A model generated the notes under the pieces. It saw only the letters and a program-made list of their open reading frames with translations, made no database searches and was not told the DNA's origin. Positions 1 to 8,753 of a DNA stretch of 33,667 bases are shown here, in pieces (position 1 is the stretch's first letter; every line of letters begins with the position of its first letter). The stretch covers positions 1 through 33,667 of the forward strand of contig CAYGNV010000004.1 in the NCBI GenBank assembly GCA_964351355.1. Reading direction: 5' to 3'. Source of the stretch: an uncultured Smithella sp. Its GTDB lineage: Bacteria > Desulfobacterota > Syntrophia > Syntrophales > Smithellaceae. Both the position numbers and the translations under genes were made by a program.

Positions 1-241
1 CATGATCCACGTCTTGGATGAGTGCGAGTTGATGCGGTGATGAAACAACGGTGATATGCGCGCCTGCTTTCTTATGGCGGTAACTGTCTTTCCCTTCGTG
101 GTCAATGTTAAAACCATGCTTGTTATGCTTTATCGTGGCAACACGCCAGCCCCTGCCGACCAGCTCGGCGATAAGTTTTTCCAGGAGTGTTGTTTTGCCG
201 GTATTGGATTTGCCGACAATGGATATGATAGGGATGGTCAT
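1..241 (-). CDS. mobB: molybdopterin-guanine dinucleotide biosynthesis adaptor protein MobB, N-terminal part (3' end runs off the window)
   Basis: Absent from the ORF track because there is no stop in the window. The reverse complement from ATG 241..239 reads MTIPIISIVGKSNTGKTTLLEKLIAELVGRGWRVATIKHNKHGFNIDHEGKDSYRHKKAGA..., with Walker A GKSNTGKT and the HGF-D-GKDS stretch typical of MobB. The + strand ORFs 56..307 and 105..287 are shadows of it. Confidence 0.8.
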   Translation of the reverse strand, partial: MTIPIISIVGKSNTGKTTLLEKLIAELVGRGWRVATIKHNKHGFNIDHEGKDSYRHKKAGAHITVVSSPHQLALIQDVDH

Positions 242-328
242 TTTTCTCTTAAATTCCTTTATTTGCCAGCTACATACCATATTATAGTGACCATGCCAAA
301 TTTTTAACTGACCACCCATTAAGATTGC

Positions 329-371
329 TTGACATCCCTGAAAACGGTATGATATAGAACGATCGTTCTAT
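329..371 (+). promoter_or_regulatory. candidate sigma70 promoter overlapped by an 18-bp perfect palindrome (GAAC-N4-GTTC, LexA/Cheo-box-like)
   Basis: TTGACA at 329-334, with a TG-n-TATAGA-like -10 around 350-358. ATAGAACGATCGTTCTAT at 354-371 is its own reverse complement. It lies upstream of pgpA-cinA-...-recA, all on the + strand. Confidence 0.4.
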
Positions 372-500
372 CGGCAAGCTTGGCAAATTTTGTCTGGAAC
401 GGGTTAAGTTGATCTAAAATAGTTTGACACCCGGTAAAAAAGAAGCTAGGTTTTCAAAACCTAACTTATTGATAATAAATAACATTATGAAAGGACTCCT

Positions 501-968
501 GTGACGGCCGCGAGGAGAGATCAATTCATCACAATATTGGCGACGGGGTTCGGCGCGGGTCTGTCACCTGTTGCACCGGGAACCGCGGGTACATTGGTTG
601 GCGTTTTGATCTGCCTGATTTGTTATCCCATGCCCTGGGCTTTTCGCCTGCTCTTTGTGATTGCAATATCGGTTCTCTCCATTTATGTTGCGGGGCAAGC
701 GGAGACGCTTTACGGGAAAGCAGACGACCAACGGATTGTGATTGATGAAATTGCAGGTTTCCAGGTTGCGATGCTGCCCGTAGCTATTACCGGTCTGCAT
801 CTTTGCCTGGCGTTTGTTCTTTTTCGGATTTTTGATATCTGGAAGCCTTTTCCGTTGGGGCGCCTCCAGAATTTACCCGGAGGCTGGGGCGTGGTGGCCG
901 ATGATATCGGGGCAGGCATTTACGCCGGGTTAATTTTGCTTTTGTTTACGCTGACAGGGGTTTTATGA
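501..968 (+). CDS. pgpA: phosphatidylglycerophosphatase A
   Basis: GTG start preceded by AAAGGA. GFGAGLSPVAPGTAGTLVG, DDQRIVIDEIAGF, FRIFDIWKPFP and GGWGVVADDIGAGIYAG are characteristic PgpA blocks. The stop overlaps the cinA start (ATGA at 965-968). Confidence 0.85.
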   Translation: MTAARRDQFITILATGFGAGLSPVAPGTAGTLVGVLICLICYPMPWAFRLLFVIAISVLSIYVAGQAETLYGKADDQRIVIDEIAGFQVAMLPVAITGLHLCLAFVLFRIFDIWKPFPLGRLQNLPGGWGVVADDIGAGIYAGLILLLFTLTGVL

Positions 969-2212
969 AGATTGGTATCCTGACTATCGGCAACGAATTA
1001 ATGAACGGGCGGACCGCCGATACCAATTCGTCGTTTATCGCACGGGAAATTAACTTGCAGGGCTGGCAGGTGGAAACCATGATGTCGGTCGGCGATGATT
1101 TTGCCACCATCAAAAGCCGCCTGCACTATCTGCTGACCTTCACCGATGCCGTAATCTGCACCGGCGGCCTGGGGCCGACGGCCGACGATATTACCACTGC
1201 CGCAATTGCTCAGGCATTTGGCCTGCCCTTATTCACCGACGAAGCTGTTTTGCAGGACATAAAAGACAAATTCACAAAATACAATTTACGATGGGTGGAG
1301 AATAACGCCAAGCAGGCTGTGTTTCCGCAAGGCGCGGAAGTCATCGCCAATCCAGTAGGTACTGCTGCGGGATTTGCGCTGCCGGTGCAGGACAAGCTGG
1401 TTTTTGTCATTCCCGGCGTTCCATCCGAAACGCACAGGATGTTGCCGGAAGGCGTTATTCCCATTTTGCGGCGGCACTTTCCGCAACCTGTCGAGCACAC
1501 GATCAAACAGACCATCAAAACATTTGGTCTTTCCGAGGCGGCGGTGGACGAAAGACTGGCAGATGTGAATTTCAATGCCTTGGGCGTGAGCGTCGGCTTT
1601 TATCCCGTCTTTCCCGAAAATCATCTGGTGCTGATTGCGCGTTCCGACGCTCGAGAACAGGCGCAAAAGAATCTGCAAAAAGCGCAGAATGAAGTGACGG
1701 CGCGCCTGCTTGATTGTATTTTTTCATACGGTGAGCAGACGCTGGAAGAAATCATCGCAGCGGCGCTCACGGAAAAGAAACTGACCATTGCCGTGGCGGA
1801 ATCCTGCACGGGAGGCTTGATTGCCAATCGTCTTACCGATGTATCAGGCAGTTCCATCTATTTTGAACGCGGGCTTACGACCTACTCGAACGCAGCCAAA
1901 ATCAGCATGTTGGGCGTTCCCGCTGAAATTATTGCAAAGCACGGAGCCGTCAGCGAGGAAACCGCGCGCCTGATGGCCGAGGGCGTCCGGAGGCAGGCCG
2001 GAACCGATCTGGGTTTGTCTTCCACCGGCATTGCCGGGCCAACCGGCGGAAGTCCGGAAAAGCCTGTCGGCACGGTTTATGTGGCACTCGCCGATGCGAA
2101 TCAGACCGTTTGCCGTCATCACGCATTCCGCTGGGATCGCAAAAGAAACAAGCAGGTTTCTACCGAGGCGGCGCTCATGATGCTCAAAAACTATTTACGG
2201 GAAAAAGGTTAG
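965..2212 (+). CDS. cinA: CinA family protein: MoCF-like N-domain plus nicotinamide-nucleotide amidohydrolase (PncC) C-domain
   Basis: N-terminus MKIGILTIGNELMNGRTADTNS...TGGLGPTADDIT. C-domain LTIAVAESCTGGLIANRLTDVSGSS...GPTGGSPEKPVGTVY. This is the typical two-domain CinA. Confidence 0.9.
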   Translation: MKIGILTIGNELMNGRTADTNSSFIAREINLQGWQVETMMSVGDDFATIKSRLHYLLTFTDAVICTGGLGPTADDITTAAIAQAFGLPLFTDEAVLQDIKDKFTKYNLRWVENNAKQAVFPQGAEVIANPVGTAAGFALPVQDKLVFVIPGVPSETHRMLPEGVIPILRRHFPQPVEHTIKQTIKTFGLSEAAVDERLADVNFNALGVSVGFYPVFPENHLVLIARSDAREQAQKNLQKAQNEVTARLLDCIFSYGEQTLEEIIAAALTEKKLTIAVAESCTGGLIANRLTDVSGSSIYFERGLTTYSNAAKISMLGVPAEIIAKHGAVSEETARLMAEGVRRQAGTDLGLSSTGIAGPTGGSPEKPVGTVYVALADANQTVCRHHAFRWDRKRNKQVSTEAALMMLKNYLREKG

Positions 2213-2218
2213 TTCATC

Positions 2219-2863
2219 ATGACCAGTTCAGAAAAAAATATTCGTGCCTTTCTGGCCATGGAGACGTCGGAAGAAATTTTACTGGCCATGTCCCGTCTGC
2301 AGGAAAAATTGAAGCGGGAAATCAGTGGCCGGATCAGCCTGATATCAAACGCTACGAATAATACTTTCAGCGAATTAGATTTCCGATGTCCATCGTGGTC
2401 TTTAACTGAAGAACTACGAGACTTAACCGCGTTATTAAAAGAGATGAAAGAAAATATAAAGACTTTACATAAACGTGATTATCTAAGCATTACACCAAAG
2501 ATGGAAGATATTGCTCTCGTCAACAGATGGATACAAAATTATAACGTTAAACATTTCTATCTTCAGGTGTTTTTTGACAAGGCATATGTCATATCTTTTA
2601 AGGATATCTTGACGTTAGTTTCCAACGATAATAATGATGGCAATAACTTCTCAATTGAGAGAGACGCGAAAAATCAAGGTAAAACTACGATTAAAATAAA
2701 CGTACAAATTGGAAAAGAAGTTTTAGGCAAGATCGATATGCCTGAGCATAAATCCGCAATGAAGGAATTAGGCAGAGGACGCCTTTTGTTTTATGTAACC
2801 TTTGCGGGTGGCAAAGGTTACCTTGACGAAGAAATATTTATAAGAGACATTATTAATGCATGA
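2219..2863 (+). CDS. chimeric ORF: about 40 codons of ThpR/LigT (RNA 2',3'-cyclic phosphodiesterase) N-terminus fused in frame to an unknown island-encoded protein
   Basis: NIRAFLAMETSEEILLAMSRLQEKLKRE resembles the ThpR N-terminus, but no HxT/S motifs follow. Composition turns AT-rich at about 2341. The frame stays open about 175 more codons in stop-prone AT-rich DNA and overlaps the methyltransferase start by 8 nt. Confidence 0.5.
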   Translation: MTSSEKNIRAFLAMETSEEILLAMSRLQEKLKREISGRISLISNATNNTFSELDFRCPSWSLTEELRDLTALLKEMKENIKTLHKRDYLSITPKMEDIALVNRWIQNYNVKHFYLQVFFDKAYVISFKDILTLVSNDNNDGNNFSIERDAKNQGKTTIKINVQIGKEVLGKIDMPEHKSAMKELGRGRLLFYVTFAGGKGYLDEEIFIRDIINA

Positions 2864-4537
2864 ATCAAAGTACATAGCTGAAACGCCAATAGGTCGCAGA
2901 AAAGATTACGGCCAATTTTTCACGCCGCCGGCTGTTGCACACCTTATGGTGAAATGGATTATGAAAGATAATCCTAAAACCATATTGGATCCGGCGTTTG
3001 GTTTGGGTATATTTTATGATGAAGCATTAAAAATTAATTCAGTGCCTGATTTACACTTTGTTGGCTATGAAATTGATAGCAATATTATGGATTATTTCAC
3101 TCATGATGAAAATAGTCCGAACCTTCAAGTTATCAATGGCGACTATCTCGAAGCTGATCTTGGCTTATTTGATGGAATAGTTTGCAATCCACCGTATATG
3201 AGATTTCAAAAATTTCTCAACCGTCATTCCGTTCTACCGAAAATTGAAGAGAAAATAGGGAAAAAACTTATCGGGTATTCAAACATATCTTCTGTGTTCC
3301 TCGTAAAAGCCTTAAAGGAACTTCGCGTTAACGGCAAATTGGCGTTTATTATGCCTTTCGAGTTTTTTAACACCGGCTATGGGAAGGAAATCAAGAAAAG
3401 CCTACTTGATAACCAATTATTGAAGCAGATCTTAATTTTTGCAAATGAAAAAGAGATATTTCCAGATGCTACGACGACAGTCTGTGTTCTTCTTTGCAAA
3501 AATAATGGAAAAGAAGAATCCGTGAAAATCACTCATATCAAAAACAATGAAGAATTGTATGAAATATCTGATATCAGTGATTTCTATCAGCAGGAAATCA
3601 TGGCTTCGGATTTGCCATACAATAAAAAATGGACGCCAATTATATTATCATTATTTTCTGAACAAGCACCCCCGGAGGATTTCTGTAAGTTGTCGCTTTA
3701 CGGTACGTTTACGAGGGGGATTGCTACTGGCGCGAACGATTTTTTTGCACTAACGAAGTCAAAAATTGAAAATTGGAAGTTGAGCAACAATAATATTTGT
3801 CAGTGTATCACAAAAAGTGCTCAGATAAGAAAAGCGGTGTTCACGGATGTTGACTTTAATGTGCTGTATAACGCCGACAAACCAGTATATTGTTTAGATG
3901 TTCAAGATCCTGAAAGCCAAGAAATACATAAATACATAAACGAGGGCGAGAAACTAGGCTATCATGAAAGGTATCTTACAAAAGCAAGGAATCCTTGGTA
4001 TGGTATTGAAAGAAGAAAACCTGCCCCAATTTTGTTAGGTGTATTTAATAGAGGGCGCGTAAAAGTAATACGAAATTTCACAAAAGCAATAAACTTTACA
4101 TGCTTCCATTCTTATTATCCGAACATGTTCGGACAACAGGTTGTAGATAAGTTGTTTGTATATTTATTAAGTGATGTCGGACAGAAAATAATTAAAATCA
4201 ATAAAAGGAGTTACGGAGATCAGTTAGATAAGTTTGAGCCGGGTGATCTTAATGATGGCTTATGCCCAAGCCAAAAACAATTTGAAATGATGGATGATGC
4301 CAAGGCGGAAGAAGTAATTAATCTGGCAAAAATTGATGAAGAAGCGGCAATTTCATTAAGTAACAGTTTGGTAGAAAAGATGATGAATACCGGACGAGAC
4401 TCCATACCTGATTACTATTCCGTTACATTGCAAGGTAGTCATTGAACTGTAGCTTGAGAAAAAAGTAAATTCGTCAAGTTCATACAGGGTAGAGAAAATT
4501 ATTTAGAAGTTCAGTTGTATATAGCATTTTAAATTAC
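2341..4537 (+). other. low-GC insertion island (unknown ORF plus DNA methyltransferase) replacing the 3' part of thpR
   Basis: There is an abrupt visible switch from GC-rich (ggccggatcagcct) to AT-rich sequence at about 2341, and back to GC-rich at the recA RBS at about 4540. No thpR 3' remnant lies before recA. Confidence 0.6.
2856..4445 (+). CDS. N6-adenine DNA methyltransferase, gamma class (Eco57I/TaqI-like, with a C-terminal target-recognition domain)
   Basis: YGQFFTPPAVAHLM (motif X), ILDPAFGLGIF (motif I), GIVCNPPYMRF (motif IV NPPY), then GIATGANDFF and NPWYGIERRKP as in the TaqI-like specificity domain. 529 aa. Confidence 0.85.
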   Translation: MHESKYIAETPIGRRKDYGQFFTPPAVAHLMVKWIMKDNPKTILDPAFGLGIFYDEALKINSVPDLHFVGYEIDSNIMDYFTHDENSPNLQVINGDYLEADLGLFDGIVCNPPYMRFQKFLNRHSVLPKIEEKIGKKLIGYSNISSVFLVKALKELRVNGKLAFIMPFEFFNTGYGKEIKKSLLDNQLLKQILIFANEKEIFPDATTTVCVLLCKNNGKEESVKITHIKNNEELYEISDISDFYQQEIMASDLPYNKKWTPIILSLFSEQAPPEDFCKLSLYGTFTRGIATGANDFFALTKSKIENWKLSNNNICQCITKSAQIRKAVFTDVDFNVLYNADKPVYCLDVQDPESQEIHKYINEGEKLGYHERYLTKARNPWYGIERRKPAPILLGVFNRGRVKVIRNFTKAINFTCFHSYYPNMFGQQVVDKLFVYLLSDVGQKIIKINKRSYGDQLDKFEPGDLNDGLCPSQKQFEMMDDAKAEEVINLAKIDEEAAISLSNSLVEKMMNTGRDSIPDYYSVTLQGSH

Positions 4538-4559
4538 AGGGTGAAGGAGGTCATCTATT

Positions 4560-5576
4560 ATGTGTGCAGATATGGACAGATCGAAAGCCGTTGATTTGGC
4601 GATTACGCAGATTGAAAGACAGTTCGGTAAGGGATCGATTATGAAGCTGGGCAGCTCGGAGCGTGTAGCCGATGTTCCGGCAATATCCACCGGGTCGCTG
4701 AGCCTGGATATCGCGCTGGGAACGTTTGGTGTTCCGCGCGGCCGGGTGATCGAAATATACGGACCGGAATCCGGTGGAAAAACCACGCTGGCGCTGCACA
4801 TTGTAGCCGAAGCGCAAAAAAAGAATGGGATCGCGGCTTACATCGATGCCGAGCACGCGCTGGATGTCACTTATGCCAAAAACATTGGCGTGAACACCGA
4901 CGAGCTCCTGATTTCCCAGCCGGACACAGGCGAGCAGGCCCTGGAAATTGCCGAAACACTGGTGCGTAGCGGCGCGTTGGATGTTTTGGTCGTGGATTCC
5001 GTGGCGGCGCTGGTTCCCAAGGCGGAACTCGAAGGCGAAATGGGCGACGCGCAGATGGGGTTGCAGGCACGCCTCATGTCACAGGCATTGCGCAAACTCA
5101 CCGGTAGCATCAGCAAATCCAAAACCACTGTGATCTTCATCAATCAGCTGCGTATGAAAATTGGCGTCTTTTTCGGCAATCCCGAAACGACCACCGGCGG
5201 CAATGCTCTGAAATTCTATTCATCGCAACGCCTCGATATCCGCAAAATGACCTCGATTAAGAACGGTCAGGAAGTGGTCGGTTTCCGAACCAAAGTGAAA
5301 GTGGTAAAAAACAAACTGGCCCCGCCTTTTAGAGAAGCGGAATTTGATATCATCTTCGGCGAAGGCATATCGCGCGAAGGCGATGTGCTGGATCTGGCAG
5401 CGGAAAACGGAATTATTGAGAAAAGTGGCGCCTGGTATTCCTACAAGGGTGACAGAATAGGCCAGGGCAGGGATAATTCGCGCATTTTCTTGAAAGAAAA
5501 GCATGATATCATGGCGCAGATCGAAACGGAGGTCCGCGCCAAGCTGGGTATTGTACCCAAAGACCAGGAAGAATAG
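4560..5576 (+). CDS. recA: recombinase RecA
   Basis: [18 protein letters not shown], Walker [39 protein letters not shown]. The GAAGGAGG RBS sits 9 nt upstream. An alternative ATG lies at 4572. Confidence 0.97.
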   Translation: MCADMDRSKAVDLAITQIERQFGKGSIMKLGSSERVADVPAISTGSLSLDIALGTFGVPRGRVIEIYGPESGGKTTLALHIVAEAQKKNGIAAYIDAEHALDVTYAKNIGVNTDELLISQPDTGEQALEIAETLVRSGALDVLVVDSVAALVPKAELEGEMGDAQMGLQARLMSQALRKLTGSISKSKTTVIFINQLRMKIGVFFGNPETTTGGNALKFYSSQRLDIRKMTSIKNGQEVVGFRTKVKVVKNKLAPPFREAEFDIIFGEGISREGDVLDLAAENGIIEKSGAWYSYKGDRIGQGRDNSRIFLKEKHDIMAQIETEVRAKLGIVPKDQEE

Positions 5577-5577
5577 C

Positions 5578-6072
5578 GTGAAAGCTTTAGATCTGGCGGC
5601 TGCCAGGCTAAAAGCATATCGCCTTTTGTCCTTGCGGCCGCATTCGGAAAAAGAGCTGGGAAAAAAGCTGCGGGAAAAAGGTTTTCCCGCAGTTGTTATT
5701 GAAGAAGCGCTGGAAAAGCTCCACGATTTGAAGTATCTCAATGACGCGTCTTTTGCGGTTCAATGGGCGCGCAATCTGGCAGTCAATAAGCTCTGGGGCA
5801 ATCGGAAAATCATCGCCAGCTTGCAGGAAAAAGGTGTGCAGGCCCGTTTGATTGACGATGCTATCGCCGCGGCGCGGTGCGAACTGTCGGAAGAAGAGGC
5901 CATAACGGTTTTAGTTAAAAAGAGGGCAGCCAAAAAGAAACCGGCTGCTTTTGATATCAAAGAGAAACAGAGAATATTTCAAAGCCTGATGGGGCGTGGT
6001 TTCCCGCCGGGCTTGATTTTAAACAAAATAGGAAAGGCAGCGGAGGAAGAGTTCAATGGTGAAGACGGGTGA
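5578..6072 (+). CDS. recX: recombination regulator RecX
   Basis: The GTG start 1 nt after the recA stop gives VKALDLAAARLKAYRLLSLRPHSEKELGKKLREKGFP...YLNDASFA..., a typical RecX three-repeat helical protein of 164 aa. The track ORF from 5503 overlaps recA and is probably too long. Confidence 0.85.
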   Translation: MKALDLAAARLKAYRLLSLRPHSEKELGKKLREKGFPAVVIEEALEKLHDLKYLNDASFAVQWARNLAVNKLWGNRKIIASLQEKGVQARLIDDAIAAARCELSEEEAITVLVKKRAAKKKPAAFDIKEKQRIFQSLMGRGFPPGLILNKIGKAAEEEFNGEDG

Positions 6073-8698
6073 CGCGATACGGGAAAGTTTCATAAAGTTT
6101 TTTGAAAGCAAAGGGCATACGACAGTGAGTAGTTCATCGCTGATTCCCAAGGATGATCCCACGCTGCTTTTTACCAATGCGGGCATGGTGCAATTTAAAA
6201 ATTCGTTCTTAGGACTGGAGAATCGCGGCTACACACGGGCGGTCACTTGCCAGAAATGCGCGCGCGCCGGCGGCAAACATAACGACCTGGAAAATGTCGG
6301 CGTCACCGCACGCCATCATACCTTTTTTGAAATGCTCGGCAATTTTTCCTTTGGCGATTATTTCAAAGAAGAAGCCATTGCCTGGGCGTGGGAATACTTA
6401 ATTGACGTGGTCAACCTGCCCAAAGAAAAACTCTGGGTAACCATTTATACGGATGACGATGAAGCCTTTGCCATCTGGCATGATAAAATGAAGGTACCCA
6501 AAGATCGTATTGTCCGCCTGGGAGAAAAAAGCAATTTCTGGATGATGGGGGAGACCGGCCCCTGCGGGCCGTGCTCCGAAATTATTTTTGACCAAGGTGA
6601 AGGAACGGGCTGTGGGCGACCCGAATGCGATATTCATTGTGATTGCGACCGGCATCTGGAAATATGGAACAATGTCTTCACGCAATTCGACCGCGATGAG
6701 ACAGGAAAATTAAGGCCGCTGGCCATGCCCAGTATTGATACCGGCATGGGGCTCGAACGCCTCACCGCCGTCATTCAGGGCGTCAAAAGCAATTACGATA
6801 CCGACCTGTTTACACCCATTATCCGCTTTGTAGAAAAAATATCCGGCAAGACCTACGGCAAAAATGTCGAGAATGATGTCTCTATCCGGGTCATCGCCGA
6901 TCACAGCCGTGCCATAGCATTTTTAATTGGCGACGGCATTATGCCCGCAAACGATGGACGCGGTTATGTGCTGAGAAGAATTCTACGCCGTGCCGCGCGT
7001 CACGGAAAGATGATTGGTATTAACAAACCATTTTTAAACGAAAGCGCGCAGGTCGTCATTGATATGATGAAAGGTGTTTACCCCGATCTGGTGGAAAAAT
7101 CCTCCTTCATTACCAAAGTCATTCTCAACGAAGAGCAGCGTTTCATGGAAACACTTGATGCAGGACTGCGTATTTTGCAGGAAGAAACAGTCGCGCTGAA
7201 AAAAGAGGGCAAGTCTGTTTTACCCGGCGCGCTGATTTTTAAACTTTATGACACCTTTGGCTTCCCCGCCGATTTGACGGCGGACATTGTTAAAAAAGAC
7301 AACATATCGCTCGACACCGAAGGCTTTGAAACCGAAATGGAACAGCAGCGGGTCAGAGCGCGCGGCGCGTGGAAAGGCAGCGGCGAAGAGGCTGTCGCCG
7401 AATGCTATTTAAAGTCTTCCAGCTCGGGTATCGTCACGGAGTTTTGCGGCTACGAAAGCGTCAGCAAAGACGCGGCCAAGGTGACGGCTATTTTTGTGGA
7501 AGGCAAGCCGGCGGATGCGACACGCGTTGGCCAGCAGGCAGAGATCGTTTTGGATGCCACGCCTTTTTATGGAGAATCCGGCGGACAAGCAGGCGACACA
7601 GGATATCTGGAAGGTCAGAATTTCAATTTCACGGTTGAGGACACGAAAAAACCCATCGATAAATTTATTATCCATAAAGGTGTTGTCCGCAGCGGCGAGA
7701 TAAAAATCGGTGCGACAGCGCGACTGGTGATCGATCACGAAAGACGAAAAGCCATTGCGGCCAACCATTCCGGCACACACATTTTGCAGGCCGCGCTCAA
7801 AGCAGTGCTGGGCGATCACATCAAACAATCCGGCTCGCTTGTCAATGCCGAACGGCTGCGTTTTGACTTTACCCATTTCTCCAAAATCAGCGCTGATGAA
7901 ATGCAGCGGGTGGAAGACATTGCTAACGACATCATTCGCCGCAATCTGGAGGTGCAGACGGAAGTCTGTGCGCTCGAAGATGCGCTCAAAGCCGGCGCTA
8001 CGGCTGTGTTTGATGAAAAATACGGCGCGACGGTTCGCATCGTGAAGATGGGTGAAATGAGCATGGAGCTTTGCGGCGGAACGCATGTGCAGCGCACCGG
8101 CAATATCGGCCTGGTCAAAGTGGTTCATGAATCAGCCATTGCCGCAGGCGTGCGCCGAATTGAAGCCGTCACCGGCAAGGAAGCGCTCATATATCTGCAG
8201 AATGCTGAATCAGAATTAAAGCGAACGGCGGGACTGTTTAAGGCCGGCGCCTTGGAAGTTTACGACCGTACCGATAAAATACTCAAGCATGTAAGAGATC
8301 TGGAAAAAGAAATCGAAGCCCTCAAAGGGAAACTCGCTGCCAATGCTTCCGGTGATCTCATGAGCCAGGTGAAGGAAATCGCCGGTGTGAAGGTGCTTGC
8401 TGCGGAAGTTAATATTGCCGACGCCAAGACACTGCGCGACTTCGGCGACAAACTGCGCGACAAGATGGGATCTGGTATTATTCTTTTAGGCAGCAAAGCC
8501 GGAGAGATGGCACTGCTTTTGTGCATGGTAACCAAAGACCTGGCCGGAAAATATCACGCAGGAAACATCATCAAGGAACTGGCCCCGATAGTCGGCGGCA
8601 AAGGCGGCGGCCGCCCCGACATGGCCCAAGCCGGCGGTACCCAGCCGGAAAATTTGAGTAAAGTTTTTCCGGCCTTAGAGAAATTATTAATAAAGTAG
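6056..8698 (+). CDS. alaS: alanine--tRNA ligase
   Basis: 880 aa. FFESKGH, FTNAGMVQFK, KHNDLENVG, FFEMLGNFSFGDYFK, the editing-domain HTGTH-like HSGTHILQ and CGGTHV, and C-terminal GGGRPDMAQAGG. Confidence 0.97.
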   Translation: MVKTGDAIRESFIKFFESKGHTTVSSSSLIPKDDPTLLFTNAGMVQFKNSFLGLENRGYTRAVTCQKCARAGGKHNDLENVGVTARHHTFFEMLGNFSFGDYFKEEAIAWAWEYLIDVVNLPKEKLWVTIYTDDDEAFAIWHDKMKVPKDRIVRLGEKSNFWMMGETGPCGPCSEIIFDQGEGTGCGRPECDIHCDCDRHLEIWNNVFTQFDRDETGKLRPLAMPSIDTGMGLERLTAVIQGVKSNYDTDLFTPIIRFVEKISGKTYGKNVENDVSIRVIADHSRAIAFLIGDGIMPANDGRGYVLRRILRRAARHGKMIGINKPFLNESAQVVIDMMKGVYPDLVEKSSFITKVILNEEQRFMETLDAGLRILQEETVALKKEGKSVLPGALIFKLYDTFGFPADLTADIVKKDNISLDTEGFETEMEQQRVRARGAWKGSGEEAVAECYLKSSSSGIVTEFCGYESVSKDAAKVTAIFVEGKPADATRVGQQAEIVLDATPFYGESGGQAGDTGYLEGQNFNFTVEDTKKPIDKFIIHKGVVRSGEIKIGATARLVIDHERRKAIAANHSGTHILQAALKAVLGDHIKQSGSLVNAERLRFDFTHFSKISADEMQRVEDIANDIIRRNLEVQTEVCALEDALKAGATAVFDEKYGATVRIVKMGEMSMELCGGTHVQRTGNIGLVKVVHESAIAAGVRRIEAVTGKEALIYLQNAESELKRTAGLFKAGALEVYDRTDKILKHVRDLEKEIEALKGKLAANASGDLMSQVKEIAGVKVLAAEVNIADAKTLRDFGDKLRDKMGSGIILLGSKAGEMALLLCMVTKDLAGKYHAGNIIKELAPIVGGKGGGRPDMAQAGGTQPENLSKVFPALEKLLIK

Positions 8699-8753
8699 AC
8701 GATAGCAGGGCGTTTCAGATTTGATTGATCCTTAAACAATAGAAGAAGTCGAT

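Noticed and set aside
56-307. 83-aa and 60-aa + strand ORFs at the window start
   Set aside because: They are antisense to a convincing mobB N-terminus (Walker A) on the minus strand.
5503-5577. Upstream extension of recX to ATG 5503
   Set aside because: It would overlap recA by 74 nt. The GTG at 5578 right after the recA stop gives a normal-length RecX.
7409-8128. 239-aa minus-strand ORF inside alaS. Similar long antisense ORFs lie inside aspS (20114..20761), mdtC (25483..26250), mdtB (28179..28790, 29664..30332, 30447..30956), mdtA (31663..32370) and the SDR gene (32711..33472).
   Set aside because: All overlap genes with strong homology on the opposite strand. They have Arg/Gly/His-rich compositions typical of antisense frames in GC-rich genes.
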